A stretch of 60,918 bases of DNA, counting the filler. It is 3 parts of 3 records of this genome, joined end to end, with 100 filler letters (N's around TTAATTAATTAA, not from the genome) between each part and the next. Parts side by side here need not be neighbours in the genome. Positions count along the whole stretch, not along the records: positions 1 to 16,609 come from SRR20825006_873; 2 more parts are not named here. One strand, written 5' to 3'. The position numbers and the translations under genes were made by a program. This document shows, in pieces, positions 1 to 10,077 of the stretch (position 1 is the stretch's first letter; every line of letters begins with the position of its first letter). The notes below the pieces were generated by a model. That model worked only from the letters and a program-made list of their open reading frames with translations. It had not been told where the DNA came from and searched no databases.

Positions 1-87
1 AGGGCCGCGGGGGGTGCGGGGGGCGCGGGGGGCGTGTCACACATTCTGCAAAACTGACACAAAGAGCAAAACGCCAACCGACCAAGA

Positions 88-888
88 TCAACGCCCCACG
101 AGCTGCGCCCGAAAGAACGTCTCCATGGCGTGATTGAACGCGTGAGGATTATCCCAGTGGAGCATGTGTCCTGCGTGGGGGATAATCTCGAGCTGACAGG
201 ACGGGATCATGTCGAGCATCTTGACTGCCTGGCGTCTCGTGGCCTGATTTGTATCGGCCACGATCGAGAGGGTAGGGCAGGTGATTTCGTGAAGCCAGGC
301 GGTGCTGTCGAACGCGGTGACCGCTCTGAGGATCTCGTGGAAGTGCGCCTTATCCCTGGCAAATTGCATCATCTCGGCCTCGATAAAGGGGCCGACATCG
401 GGGCGCCTGGCGCCGAGCTGCGCGGCGCTCAGTTGCGCGATGCGCTTGATGCTAAGCACCTTGAAGGTCGCTCTGGCCATCCACGTCTGCGCCCCCTCCC
501 ACAGCGTCGAGGAGATGCCAAACGCTGTATCCGCCAGCACCAACGCGCGCACCTTGTCGGCGTGTTCTCTGGCCATAACCTGACCGACCATGCCGCCGAG
601 CGAGTGTCCGACGCAGAACGCCGACTCCAGCCCCAGGCGATCGAGCAAGCGCACCATATCCCTGGCGAGGATCTCGACCTTGTAACCCGATTTCGAGCGC
701 GCTGATTCTCCATGACCGCGAAGATCGACCGTGATCAACCTCCAACGCTCCTCCAACGCGGAGACCTGAGGTCGCCACTCCTTCGATGAGACGAAGCCGC
801 CGTGCATAAACAAAATCGGCTCGCCAGATCCATATTGGTGGTAGGCGAGCCTTGTCCCATCATCGGTCGCGATGAACTCGGTCGTCAC
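88..888 (-). CDS. Alpha/beta fold hydrolase (enol-lactonase/esterase-like)
   Basis: HGG oxyanion motif, DLRGHGES, nucleophile GHSLGG, C-terminal AGHMLH; GTG start overlaps the upstream stop (GTGA at 885-888). Confidence 0.85.
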   Translation of the reverse strand: MTTEFIATDDGTRLAYHQYGSGEPILFMHGGFVSSKEWRPQVSALEERWRLITVDLRGHGESARSKSGYKVEILARDMVRLLDRLGLESAFCVGHSLGGMVGQVMAREHADKVRALVLADTAFGISSTLWEGAQTWMARATFKVLSIKRIAQLSAAQLGARRPDVGPFIEAEMMQFARDKAHFHEILRAVTAFDSTAWLHEITCPTLSIVADTNQATRRQAVKMLDMIPSCQLEIIPHAGHMLHWDNPHAFNHAMETFFRAQLVGR

Positions 889-1757
889 GGTGATTCCTCG
901 TCCCTTTCGGTGGCGCGGTTTTCTTCAAACCACGTCACCGCGAAATCGACCAGCGTTCTGGCGCGTATCAATCGCACCGTCGCGCGCGCGATCTTCCCCT
1001 TATAGAAGTTGGCAGAGTCTGGCTCGGAGGCCTCGAACGCCTCGCCAAGATCATCGAAATCATCCACGCCGACCTCGGTCTCCAGTGACGCGAGCTTGAC
1101 CCAGGCGCGTTTCCCGCGCTCGTTCCGAATCGGCGCGCCTTCCTCTCGCCACCACTTGCCAGGGAAGTCCGCGAGCCGTTCAGCCAGATGCAACGTCGTG
1201 CAAGATGAGTACTTCGTGCCGAGCATCAACACCCAGCCGTTCTCCCTGTACAACGCCCCCAACGGGCTCTTCATCCCGAAGCCATCATCCAGAGGATGTG
1301 AGGCGAGGAAGGAGAGGGCGTGTGGTCCGCTCGCCGCAAACGAGACGTGCGGATGAGAACTTCGGATCGAGGCGGGGTGATTGCGAAACAACTCCGGCAG
1401 GCGCCCCAACCCTCGCACTGGCGAGAGCATGGGGTCGAACGGCGGGAGCTGATCGCGGATGGTTGGCCACCACTCCTTTGGCGCAGGCGGCGCGACCCAG
1501 TAAGAGGGCTCCGTCAGCTGTGACGTGAACGCGGGCATCACCAACGTGATCTTTCTATCCGCTGCGGCGAGCAACGCTTCGAGCAACGTCTGCTCGCCGC
1601 CACAAACCCACCCCATCGATGAGAGTGAGGTGTGCGCGAGCACCGATGGCACTGTGCCATCGATCATTTCGAACACCTGGCGCAGATCTGCCTCGAGCGA
1701 GGGGCGCGTGACAGGTCCCTCCCCCTGACTTTGATCCATAACCTCGTATTCGTTCAA
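885..1757 (-). CDS. AAC(3)-family (aminoglycoside N3-acetyltransferase/YokD-like) N-acetyltransferase
   Basis: HTSLSSMGWVCGG, LVMPAFT, GRLPELFR, RSSHPHVSFAASG, SPLGALY, CTTLHLAE motifs; TTG start overlaps the upstream stop. Confidence 0.85.
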   Translation of the reverse strand: MNEYEVMDQSQGEGPVTRPSLEADLRQVFEMIDGTVPSVLAHTSLSSMGWVCGGEQTLLEALLAAADRKITLVMPAFTSQLTEPSYWVAPPAPKEWWPTIRDQLPPFDPMLSPVRGLGRLPELFRNHPASIRSSHPHVSFAASGPHALSFLASHPLDDGFGMKSPLGALYRENGWVLMLGTKYSSCTTLHLAERLADFPGKWWREEGAPIRNERGKRAWVKLASLETEVGVDDFDDLGEAFEASEPDSANFYKGKIARATVRLIRARTLVDFAVTWFEENRATERDEESP

Positions 1758-2554
1758 CGGCTCTTGCTCTCGATAAATGATTTGGTGAACACCTTGGCCT
1801 CGAGTGATTCGAGCGCCACGTCCACCAGCGTGATCGTCGTGGAGTTCCCCTTCTCGACCTCATCATAGATACGGATTTCTGTCGGGAAGTATACGGGCGA
1901 CCCTTTTGCGGGGTTGGCGACCTTGCGCCACTTTGGATAATACGCCGTCCGCATCAGCCTGCCAGAGAGCGCGTATTCTTGCACCTTGAGCACGTTCTGA
2001 GATTTCGTATCCACCCAGACATGCAACACGGGGTAGGCGACATCCTTCCCCTTCTTGGCCTCGAGCTTGATGTGATGCACACCGAATTTGCCGAGCTTCT
2101 CCTCGGCCACATAACTCGGGTTGTAGTTCTCCGAGAAGTTCGACGCGTCGAAGTCACGACGTTGTGAGTTGGTGCCGCCGATGTTCTCGCGCTCGGTGCG
2201 ACGCTCCCACTTGCCCACGCTCGGATCATACAGGAAGAGGTTGCGATCGATCCTCAGGTAACCCTTTCCAGCCTCTGACTTTGGCCTCGTGAAGAGGATC
2301 ACGAGCTTACCCTCCTGATCGCGGCGATAAATCACCGCCTCGTAGGCGAGCTCGCTCTCTTTCCCTTCGCGCTGCTCGATGAACACGCGCGCCTTGTAAT
2401 CGCCCACGCTGCGCTGCCGCTCGTCGATCTTTTCGACGAGCTTGACCAGCTCGTCCTTTTCGAGCGGCGCCGTCTGCGCTTCCTTCCCGAATGGAACAAG
2501 GGCAGCGAGAACCACGCTCGTGACCGCGGCCATCAATAATTGTCTTCTTCGCAT
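1754..2554 (-). CDS. Outer membrane lipoprotein-sorting protein (LolA-like)
   Basis: Signal peptide; FTRPKSEAGKGYLR, LFLYDPSVGK, IGGTN..RRDF pattern; lies downstream of ABC permeases. Confidence 0.8.
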   Translation of the reverse strand: MRRRQLLMAAVTSVVLAALVPFGKEAQTAPLEKDELVKLVEKIDERQRSVGDYKARVFIEQREGKESELAYEAVIYRRDQEGKLVILFTRPKSEAGKGYLRIDRNLFLYDPSVGKWERRTERENIGGTNSQRRDFDASNFSENYNPSYVAEEKLGKFGVHHIKLEAKKGKDVAYPVLHVWVDTKSQNVLKVQEYALSGRLMRTAYYPKWRKVANPAKGSPVYFPTEIRIYDEVEKGNSTTITLVDVALESLEAKVFTKSFIESKSR

Positions 2555-2670
2555 CGCTCGTCCTCGCTCCAGTCTCTTTCAATCCAGCTTTGATTAAGAT
2601 GCCGGCGAGTTCAATCAAAACTGCTGTGTTCTCGCCGCACTATGCATGACGCACATGATAGCGTGTTTGT

Positions 2671-4023
2671 TCATTCCGTCTGTTGGATCGCTTCCACGGG
2701 CTGCATCCTCGCTGCTCGAATCGATGGCCACATCGCCGAAACGACCGTAAAGCTCGTGAGCATTCCGATCGCGATCAGGAACTGTTGAGGTCCGATCGCG
2801 AGCACGAGTTTATCCGAGAGCAGGATCGCTCGAACCGCATCCACAGGGATCGTGATCTCGGCGGCGTTGATCGAGAGCGCGATGATTGTCGCCAGCGTCG
2901 CTCCCAAAAGCGAGGCGAACAACCCGAGCAAAAACGCCTCCGAGATAAACAGCAAGAAGACTCGTGACTTGGTCATCCCCATCGCGCGCAATGTCCCGAT
3001 CTCGCCGGTTCGTTTTCGCACAGAAATCCACATCGTGTTCATCACGCCCACGGCAATGATGGCGATCAGGATCGCGATCAACGCATAAGACACCGTATCC
3101 AGCGCGGTCAGCACCCACATCAGGAACTCGACCTCGTCTGACCACACCGTCAGGTCGATCTTCTGCCCGATCCAATCCTCTCCAGACGTCGTGCCGAATT
3201 TGGCAAAGAATGGAGCAGGTTGATACTCCATCAACTCGTACCCTTCCTTCTCCAGCACCAACCTCAGATGCTCCATCACCTCGCGTGATCGATCGATGTC
3301 ATCGAGGTAAATCTGGATCGCGCCCGAGGTATCCGGCTTGAGTTGATACAGATCGAGCACGACCTGTTTGGGGACGAACATGCTGAAGTTTGACAGGATG
3401 CCGATATCCCTGGCGACCGCCACGATGGTCACATCCACAGTATTGGCGCGACCATCGCGCGTCTGCGACCTGAGCGTGAGCTTGTCGCCCACGTCCACCT
3501 CGAGGCGCTCGGCCTGCGTGGCGAACAACACGACCGTGTTCGGATCACCGAGCTTGGAGGCATCCCCCAGGATCTCCTGGCTGCCACCCTCTTTATAATC
3601 GGACTGAGGCGCGAGCTGGAGGACATCCACCAACCGCGCCTCCTCCTCGATATCCACGCCGAGGATCAGGCTCGCCAGGGCGCCCGTCGGCGAGATGATC
3701 CTGGCCCACCCGCGGTTGCGGTCGACGACGTAGTCGAGGCCCTCGGTGTTCTCGCGCACGATCTTCTTTAACTTCGATGCATCCGTGATCAGCGGCGCGG
3801 AGTCCGTCGAGGTCGCCTTGAAGAACCCCGCCACGTTGACATGCCCCGTCGACAGCGTCGTCGCCGAGCGCACGATGTTGTCCGAGATGCCCTGTGACAA
3901 CCCCATCAGGATCACGAGCAGCATCGTCACCAGCGTGAGCGCCGTGCCCAGAAAGAGCGTGCGAACCCTGGCTTGCACCAGGTTTCGCATCGCGATCAGG
4001 AGGATCATTTTCAACGTCGCCAT
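2671..4023 (-). CDS. ABC transporter permease, FtsX/LolE/MacB family
   Basis: IAMRNL N-terminus, TM helix, periplasmic domain, RTGEIGTLRAMG, C-terminal RAARMQPVEAI; ATG at 4023 in a TGATG overlap. Confidence 0.9.
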   Translation of the reverse strand: MATLKMILLIAMRNLVQARVRTLFLGTALTLVTMLLVILMGLSQGISDNIVRSATTLSTGHVNVAGFFKATSTDSAPLITDASKLKKIVRENTEGLDYVVDRNRGWARIISPTGALASLILGVDIEEEARLVDVLQLAPQSDYKEGGSQEILGDASKLGDPNTVVLFATQAERLEVDVGDKLTLRSQTRDGRANTVDVTIVAVARDIGILSNFSMFVPKQVVLDLYQLKPDTSGAIQIYLDDIDRSREVMEHLRLVLEKEGYELMEYQPAPFFAKFGTTSGEDWIGQKIDLTVWSDEVEFLMWVLTALDTVSYALIAILIAIIAVGVMNTMWISVRKRTGEIGTLRAMGMTKSRVFLLFISEAFLLGLFASLLGATLATIIALSINAAEITIPVDAVRAILLSDKLVLAIGPQQFLIAIGMLTSFTVVSAMWPSIRAARMQPVEAIQQTE

Positions 4024-6137
4024 CACTCCCTCCCTCGCATCGCCACCACGGGTTGGATGCGCGTGGCCACGATGGCCGGGTAGAGCGTGGCGATCACGCT
4101 CACGACAAAAATCACCACCGCCGCCAGCAACACATTCCCCCACGTCACGTGCGGATACAGATAAGGACCGGCGAAGATAAACCGCACGATCTCGTTGTAC
4201 GCCGGGATCCCGTAGAACCCGGCCGCCTCGACCATCAGCGCGCCGGTCAACCCGCCGAGCGTGCCTGCGATAAGCCCCAGCGCCAGCGTCTCGAGCATGA
4301 ACAACACCAGCACGAACGCGCGCGGCGCGCCGATGGCGCGCATCGTGCCGATCTCGGACACGCGCTCCATCGTGGCCATCACCATCGAGTTGTTGATGAT
4401 CACCAGCGCCACAAGGAAGATGATGAAGATCGCCGCGTAGAGCACCAGGCGAATCACCGTGATCAGCTGTCCGACGATCCCTGCGGCCTCCTGCCAGTCG
4501 ACGACCCTTAACTTCAGACCTTCCCTGGCGATCACGGCCTCGATGGCGCGTCGCGTCTCCTCGATGCGCTCGCGATCCTTTAGAATCACTGCGGCGTTGA
4601 GCGCCAGCCCGGAGTCGATCTCTTCCTGCTCGTAGGTCAGCTCGCCAGCGCGCGCCAGGCGCTCGTCACGCTCCAGGACATCCACATCCTCGAACTCGTC
4701 GAATCCTTCAGCAAGTTCAACAGGTTGCCCCTCTTCCATCAACTCAGCGTCGCCGCCAAAGAGCGCGTCCTCGGCTTCATCGCGCGTGACGACCTCGGCG
4801 CCGACCTCCTCGCGCAGCTCCTCTAACTCGGCTTGCTGAGCGTCGGTCATCTTCCCGTAGAGCTCGCGGAAGGTGACCATATCGGTCAGGTTCACCACGC
4901 CAGCCAGGTCCGAATCCTCGATCCCCTTGAACTGGAAGGTGCCCCAGATCTTGACGTTCATCGCCTTCAAATACCCCCGGCGAGTGAACGCCTGGATGGT
5001 GACCGTCTCGCCGACGTTCACGCGGTAGAGTTCGATCATCGGGGCGATGTTTTTATAGAAGTAGTCGTAGCGCTCCTGGAAGTTGTTGGAGTCGACCAAC
5101 AGGAACTTCTCGACGAGCTTCGCCAGGTCATCCTCGGGGACATCCTCGCTCAGGTAGTCGCGCAGCATCTTGTCGAGCTTCTCGGTCTCGGCGACATCGA
5201 GCTGGAAGAGGACGCGACGGTATTGCCTGGACAACCTGCGCACGCGACCCTGGAGCAGCTCGTCATCCTCGAGGCTCCTGCCTTCGACCTCGATCTCGCG
5301 TTTGACGCGATCGAGTTGTCTGGCGACGCGATGCTTCAAGAAGCGCTCGTGCGCGCGACGACTGAGCAGCACGCCCCGCTTTCCTGGCGGAATCATCTGC
5401 CCCTTGTCGATCTCGAACCTGTCGAAGCTCTTCTTGAACAACTGAGGATCGGTCCCGAGCAACCTCAGGAAGAAGAGCTTTCCATCGGCCGCGAGCGGCG
5501 CGAGCTTGGTGTCGAGGTACATCAGGCGCTTGTTGGCGTACATATCGAAGTCCTCCCAGAACGAGGCTTCCTGCACGCGCTGGAGGATCTCGAGGTCTTG
5601 CTCGATCTTCTCGGTATCAGCGGCAATTTTGGCGCGGTATTCGTATTCATCCTCGAGCAAGCTGGCGAGCTGGACGATTTGCCCCTCGAGCTTCTTGATC
5701 TCGGCGCTGTTGTTCGCCTCGACCGCGCGGCGCAAATCCGCGAGCGTCGAGTCGATATCATTGCCACCAGCGCCCGTGGCGATCGTCACGCCCATGGGCA
5801 CGATCGCCTCGACGTTCTCCACCGGCTCGACGAGCTGCTTTAACTTCGAGAAGTCCTCGATCTCGCCGATGTCAGGCCGACTCGCCGTCAGGCCACCGAA
5901 CAACGAGAGTTCGTCGCGACCCTCGGTCGAGTAAATCTGGAGCTGCCCAGTGAGAGAGGAGGAGACGACCTTCTCCATCGACTCCTCGACGGAATCGAGC
6001 AGCGAGGTCCCCACCACCATCAACATCGTCCCGAAGGCCATGATCGAGCCCACGATCAGGCTCTTGACCCGGTGACTCGTGAGGTTTCGCATCGCGATAA
6101 GGAACACGATGCGCAGTGATACGAGCAGGTTTCCCAT
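4023..6137 (-). CDS. ABC transporter permease, FtsX/LolE family, with a very large acidic periplasmic domain
   Basis: IAMRNL, ERVSEIGTMRAIG, ATRIQPVVAMR; about 500 aa between TM1 and TM2; TGATG overlap with the ATPase. Confidence 0.88.
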   Translation of the reverse strand: MGNLLVSLRIVFLIAMRNLTSHRVKSLIVGSIMAFGTMLMVVGTSLLDSVEESMEKVVSSSLTGQLQIYSTEGRDELSLFGGLTASRPDIGEIEDFSKLKQLVEPVENVEAIVPMGVTIATGAGGNDIDSTLADLRRAVEANNSAEIKKLEGQIVQLASLLEDEYEYRAKIAADTEKIEQDLEILQRVQEASFWEDFDMYANKRLMYLDTKLAPLAADGKLFFLRLLGTDPQLFKKSFDRFEIDKGQMIPPGKRGVLLSRRAHERFLKHRVARQLDRVKREIEVEGRSLEDDELLQGRVRRLSRQYRRVLFQLDVAETEKLDKMLRDYLSEDVPEDDLAKLVEKFLLVDSNNFQERYDYFYKNIAPMIELYRVNVGETVTIQAFTRRGYLKAMNVKIWGTFQFKGIEDSDLAGVVNLTDMVTFRELYGKMTDAQQAELEELREEVGAEVVTRDEAEDALFGGDAELMEEGQPVELAEGFDEFEDVDVLERDERLARAGELTYEQEEIDSGLALNAAVILKDRERIEETRRAIEAVIAREGLKLRVVDWQEAAGIVGQLITVIRLVLYAAIFIIFLVALVIINNSMVMATMERVSEIGTMRAIGAPRAFVLVLFMLETLALGLIAGTLGGLTGALMVEAAGFYGIPAYNEIVRFIFAGPYLYPHVTWGNVLLAAVVIFVVSVIATLYPAIVATRIQPVVAMRGRE

Positions 6138-6877
6138 CACTCCTCCTCGTTGGCCAGCGCAGGGTCGGTGGCCTCGATCACGCCCTCTGTGCCGGAGCCG
6201 TCGTGGACGATCTTGCCATCGACGAGGCGAATGATTCGCGTCGCCTGGCGCATCACCTTGGGGTCGTGCGTGGAGAAGATAAAGGTGGTCTCTGCGGTGG
6301 CGTTGAGCTCCTTCATCAGCTCGATGATCGTGTTCCCGGTCACAGAGTCGAGGTTCGCTGTGGGCTCGTCAGCGAGCACGATGGCGGGCTTTGTGACGAG
6401 CGCTCTGGCGATGGCCACGCGCTGGCGCTGCCCGCCGCTGAGTTCGTTTGGTCGCTGGTGAATCTGGTCTGTCAGGCCGACCCTGCGAAGGATCTCCTCG
6501 ACCCGCTCGGCGCGCTCGGCCTTGGTCAAATCCCCCTGCAACAGAAGCGGAAACTCGACGTTCTGGAAGACATCGAGCACCGGGATCAGGTTAAAGCTCT
6601 GGAAGATGAACCCGAGCTTTCGCAACCTGAGGTTGGTCAGCGAGGCGTCGTTCAGGGCGCTGGTGTTATGCCCGGCGATGCGCACGGCGCCAGCGCTGGG
6701 GATATCCACGCACCCGATCAGGTTGAGCAGGGTGGTTTTGCCGCTGCCAGAAGGTCCCGCGATGGTCGTGAACTCACCCTTGTTGATCGTCAGGCTCACC
6801 CCGCGCAACGCTTGCACGACGAGCTTTCCCAGCGGGTAATTCTTTGTCACGTCCTCGATCTCGACGATTGCTTCCAA
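6137..6877 (-). CDS. ABC transporter ATP-binding protein (LolD/MacB-type)
   Basis: Walker A GPSGSGKTT, LSGGQRQRVAIARAL, LADEPTANLD, STHD; GGAGG RBS favours the TTG at 6877. Confidence 0.93.
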   Translation of the reverse strand: MEAIVEIEDVTKNYPLGKLVVQALRGVSLTINKGEFTTIAGPSGSGKTTLLNLIGCVDIPSAGAVRIAGHNTSALNDASLTNLRLRKLGFIFQSFNLIPVLDVFQNVEFPLLLQGDLTKAERAERVEEILRRVGLTDQIHQRPNELSGGQRQRVAIARALVTKPAIVLADEPTANLDSVTGNTIIELMKELNATAETTFIFSTHDPKVMRQATRIIRLVDGKIVHDGSGTEGVIEATDPALANEEE

Positions 6878-7082
6878 CACGACCTCCAGCCCAAACAACA
6901 GTGATCCTCGAGCGCAGTCCTTTCAACATGCGACCCTCGCGCGACCATGGCAAGCGCCCGAAACACCTCTTCATACTTCTTGAAGTTGTTCTCACGGTCA
7001 GGCGCCCCAGGACTTGTTCCAATGCTTGGAGTGAGTTTCACACCCATCAGGTGCAAGAGAGCGCGGTTGTGGTGATGTGGCG

Positions 7083-7098
7083 GGTTTCACGTGAAACA
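7083..7098. promoter_or_regulatory. parS centromere-like site (15/16 match)
   Basis: gGTTTCACGTGAAACA versus consensus TGTTTCACGTGAAACA; intergenic between divergent operons. Confidence 0.75.
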
Positions 7099-7230
7099 TC
7101 TGCGCCGCCCGAGTCACAGTGGTGCAACATCTGTGTGACATGCCTCTCGCTGCCTTGTTTCCTGGGCGCAAACATCAACAATACAGCCGCATCTCGAGCG
7201 ACCCAGATTTGACTGCCAGTGGCGTGCTGT

Positions 7231-8799
7231 ATGAATCGGACAATCTCCATCACAAACACCGTTTGCGTGATCGCGATTGTCTTCAGCTTGCTCGCGTGCT
7301 CGTCTGTCCCAGGTTGCAGCAACGCCGACCCGAAACCCTCCGATGATGCCCCGATCCCCGAGGGCATCTCCAGAGAGCTCGCCACCGATGACCGCGCCGG
7401 ATGGCTTCGCGACCGCACCATCGAGGATAACCGCGACCTCCTCGAGCGCTACCGACCGCTCACCGAGGGGAAGTTTCGCAAGATGGCCTCGTCGCCATAC
7501 AACTACTTCCGCGGCACGGCCAACATCTACCTGCGCGACATGACGCAGCCAGGGTTTCACGACTTCCCGACCTCGTTCGGAACCCCAGAAGCATCGCACG
7601 TGCTGCTCGTCGGAGATCCTCACCCCGAGAACATCGGCTCCTATCGAAGCGCTGATGATAAGATGATCATCGACTTCAATGACTTCGATGGCTCGACCTA
7701 TGGCGCATATCACCTGGATGTGCGCAGGTTGGCGCTCGGCTACTACGTGCTCGCAGAGATGAACGCCGACCACATGTCGCCCGAGCAACGCGCGGCGATG
7801 GTGCGCGCCGTGGTGCAGGGCTACGTCGATGAAATTGCACGCCAGAAAGCGGGCCAGAAGACCTCGTTTATCTATGAACGCGGCCTGGGAGAGCGGCAGG
7901 CGGGCGTGATCCTTGGCGACCTCATCCGCCGCGCAGAGCGCGACGGGGATATCCGCGAGGAGCTCGACGAATACGCACCGCTCGCTGACGACAAACAATC
8001 GCGCGTCATGTTCTACGGCATCTTCGAGGAATCCGATGTCGAGGGCGTGATTCGCGACCAGCTCTTTAAACCCACCGATGAAGAGGTCGCGCGCGTCGAA
8101 CAATGGATGCGCGCCTACCCGAAAACACTCGTCGACAGAGGCGCGTTCTCCAAGGATGCGTTTGTCATCAAGGGCATCTCCAGAAGGTTGGGCGCTGGCG
8201 TCTCGAGCTATCCCGTGCAGCGCTACTACGTCTTGACCGATGGCGAGTCCGATTCGCTCGAGGATGACCTGCTGATCGAGTTGAAGGAGATCCTCGATCC
8301 GCCGCCGCTCGAGGGTCTGCCTGCCTTCAAGGTGCGTGAGTTCGGGAGCAACGGGGAGCGCGTCGTGCGCGCTCAACGCGCACTCCAGCACACCGAGACA
8401 AACGATCCGCTGCTCGGGTGGAGCGCCTCGGGCGATGCATCCCCGCTCAGTGTGCGCGTGCGCCATCGCACCAAATATCAGAAAGGGGTGGATGTCGCGC
8501 GCATCTCCGAGGAGCTGGCCGAGGGAGAAATCACTCCAGAAGATGTCATCGAGCTCGCCACGCAATCAGGCATCTTGCTGGCCGCCTCACACGCGCGCAC
8601 CGAGACCTTGCAGGGGAAACCCGCGCTCGAAGTGATCGACGCGGCGCTCGCCGGTGATACAGCACGCTTTGTCGATGAGACCGTGTCGTTTGTCGAGTCT
8701 TATGGGCCCTCGATGTTCGATGATTTCGACCGCTTTCGCTCGATGGTCAGTCTGTATGGGACGACGCTCGGCTACCGCTTCGACCGCCCGATGGAGTGA
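7231..8799 (+). CDS. DUF2252-family (kinase-like) protein with lipoprotein signal
   Basis: KFRKMASSPYNYFRGT, VGDPHPENIG, DFNDFD, RRLGAGVSS, LLIELKE, LAASHAR; N-terminal hydrophobic stretch ending in LLAC. Confidence 0.8.
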   Translation: MNRTISITNTVCVIAIVFSLLACSSVPGCSNADPKPSDDAPIPEGISRELATDDRAGWLRDRTIEDNRDLLERYRPLTEGKFRKMASSPYNYFRGTANIYLRDMTQPGFHDFPTSFGTPEASHVLLVGDPHPENIGSYRSADDKMIIDFNDFDGSTYGAYHLDVRRLALGYYVLAEMNADHMSPEQRAAMVRAVVQGYVDEIARQKAGQKTSFIYERGLGERQAGVILGDLIRRAERDGDIREELDEYAPLADDKQSRVMFYGIFEESDVEGVIRDQLFKPTDEEVARVEQWMRAYPKTLVDRGAFSKDAFVIKGISRRLGAGVSSYPVQRYYVLTDGESDSLEDDLLIELKEILDPPPLEGLPAFKVREFGSNGERVVRAQRALQHTETNDPLLGWSASGDASPLSVRVRHRTKYQKGVDVARISEELAEGEITPEDVIELATQSGILLAASHARTETLQGKPALEVIDAALAGDTARFVDETVSFVESYGPSMFDDFDRFRSMVSLYGTTLGYRFDRPME

Positions 8800-8807
8800 G
8801 GTCCACG

Positions 8808-10022
8808 ATGCCTTTGTCTTCTTCATACAAGCGCTCGATCCTTTGCTGTGCGGCGTCTTTGCTGACGCTCTGGCCAGCCACGCTTTTCGCGCGAACCTCG
8901 GAGGATGCCCCCTCGAGTGAAGTAACCGAGAGCGAGCCGTCAGGCGCGCCAAATGCCGCGGGGCTGACGTTCACGGGGTTCGGGCAAGTGTTCGCATCCT
9001 ATGATTTCACGTCCACAGAAGCCGAGGACTTCAACGCGTTTAACCTGCGCCGAGCAGAGCTCGGGCTGGGATTGCGCAAGGGAGAGAAGGCGGGGTTTCT
9101 CGTCAACCTCGAGGCGGTGCGCAGCGCGGGGCCTCGCAGTTACTTTGGCGTGGATAACAACTCGCTGGTGATGCGGGTCAAACATGGCTTCGGGTTCTAT
9201 GCGCCAGCGATCGGGCCGGGTCGCCTTACGCTTCGCGGTGGGATGATCCCGGATGTCTGGGTCGAGACCGTCGAGCAAGGTTACGACATCCGCGCCATCG
9301 CCCCGATCATGGCAGAAGAGGGCGGGCTCTACGTGTCGAGCGATCTTGGCGGTTCGATAGGATACGCGCTCTGGGATGGGTTCCTCGAGGCACGGATCGG
9401 GCTGACCAACGGGGAAGGGCGCAACCAGTTCGAGCTCAACACCGGGAAGAACACCACGGCTGTGGTTTCCGTGAGACCGCTGCGGTTTGACCTGAGAGGG
9501 GAGGGCACCACGCTCGGCGTCCACGCGAGCTATAGAGATGGCTCGCTCGGGACCTCGAGCCGGGCGAATCACCGCATCTCCGCGGCGCTCACCTTCGCGC
9601 ACCCCAGGCACTTTGGCGGCGCCGAGTTCACGCAGGCCAACGGCTTCCAGGGTCAGAGCTCTCTGCAAGCTCGCGGCGTGAGCGCCTGGGCAAACAGCGC
9701 GCTTTACCCGACCTGGCTCGGCGCCTACGCCCGGTTCTCCAGATTACAACAGGACATCACCACGCAGGGGAGCGAGATCACGCGCATCCAGGCGGGGCTC
9801 TACGCCGACCTGATCCAACCTGACAACGCGGAGCGCTCCATCTTCGGGTTCCCCAGGCTCAGATTGTACGCCGGCTACGCGCGCGAGCGCTTTGGCGAAA
9901 ACGCCGAGGCGATCACCGGTGTCGATGGCGCATCGGATGCGCACATCATCAGCGCCACATTGAGCGCTCGCGGCGCCGCTGCGTTCGACGCGACGCCACG
10001 AGCCGCAGGCTCGACCCCCTGA
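8808..10022 (+). CDS. Outer-membrane beta-barrel protein, phosphate-selective-porin-like
   Basis: Signal peptide (TLWPATLFA), alternating amphipathic strands, FNLRRAELGL and GLTNGEGRN segments reminiscent of OprO/OprP-like porins. Confidence 0.6.
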   Translation: MPLSSSYKRSILCCAASLLTLWPATLFARTSEDAPSSEVTESEPSGAPNAAGLTFTGFGQVFASYDFTSTEAEDFNAFNLRRAELGLGLRKGEKAGFLVNLEAVRSAGPRSYFGVDNNSLVMRVKHGFGFYAPAIGPGRLTLRGGMIPDVWVETVEQGYDIRAIAPIMAEEGGLYVSSDLGGSIGYALWDGFLEARIGLTNGEGRNQFELNTGKNTTAVVSVRPLRFDLRGEGTTLGVHASYRDGSLGTSSRANHRISAALTFAHPRHFGGAEFTQANGFQGQSSLQARGVSAWANSALYPTWLGAYARFSRLQQDITTQGSEITRIQAGLYADLIQPDNAERSIFGFPRLRLYAGYARERFGENAEAITGVDGASDAHIISATLSARGAAAFDATPRAAGSTP

Positions 10023-10077
10023 AAAACACGTCGTCGACTTCACCACTCATCGATAGAAACCACACAGGTATCACACC

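Noticed and set aside
1-35. G-run tract (possible G-quadruplex)
   Set aside because: At the very edge of the window; may be low-quality or truncated sequence, so context cannot be judged.
885-1757. Acquired aminoglycoside-resistance gene
   Set aside because: No integron, IS or compositional anomaly; embedded in a host operon. Family membership alone does not show resistance.
7114-8565. 483-aa antisense ORF over the DUF2252 gene (likewise 4833-5843, 26227-27681, 28171-29754, 53189-54295)
   Set aside because: Shadow ORFs of well-supported genes on the opposite strand; no recognisable domains.
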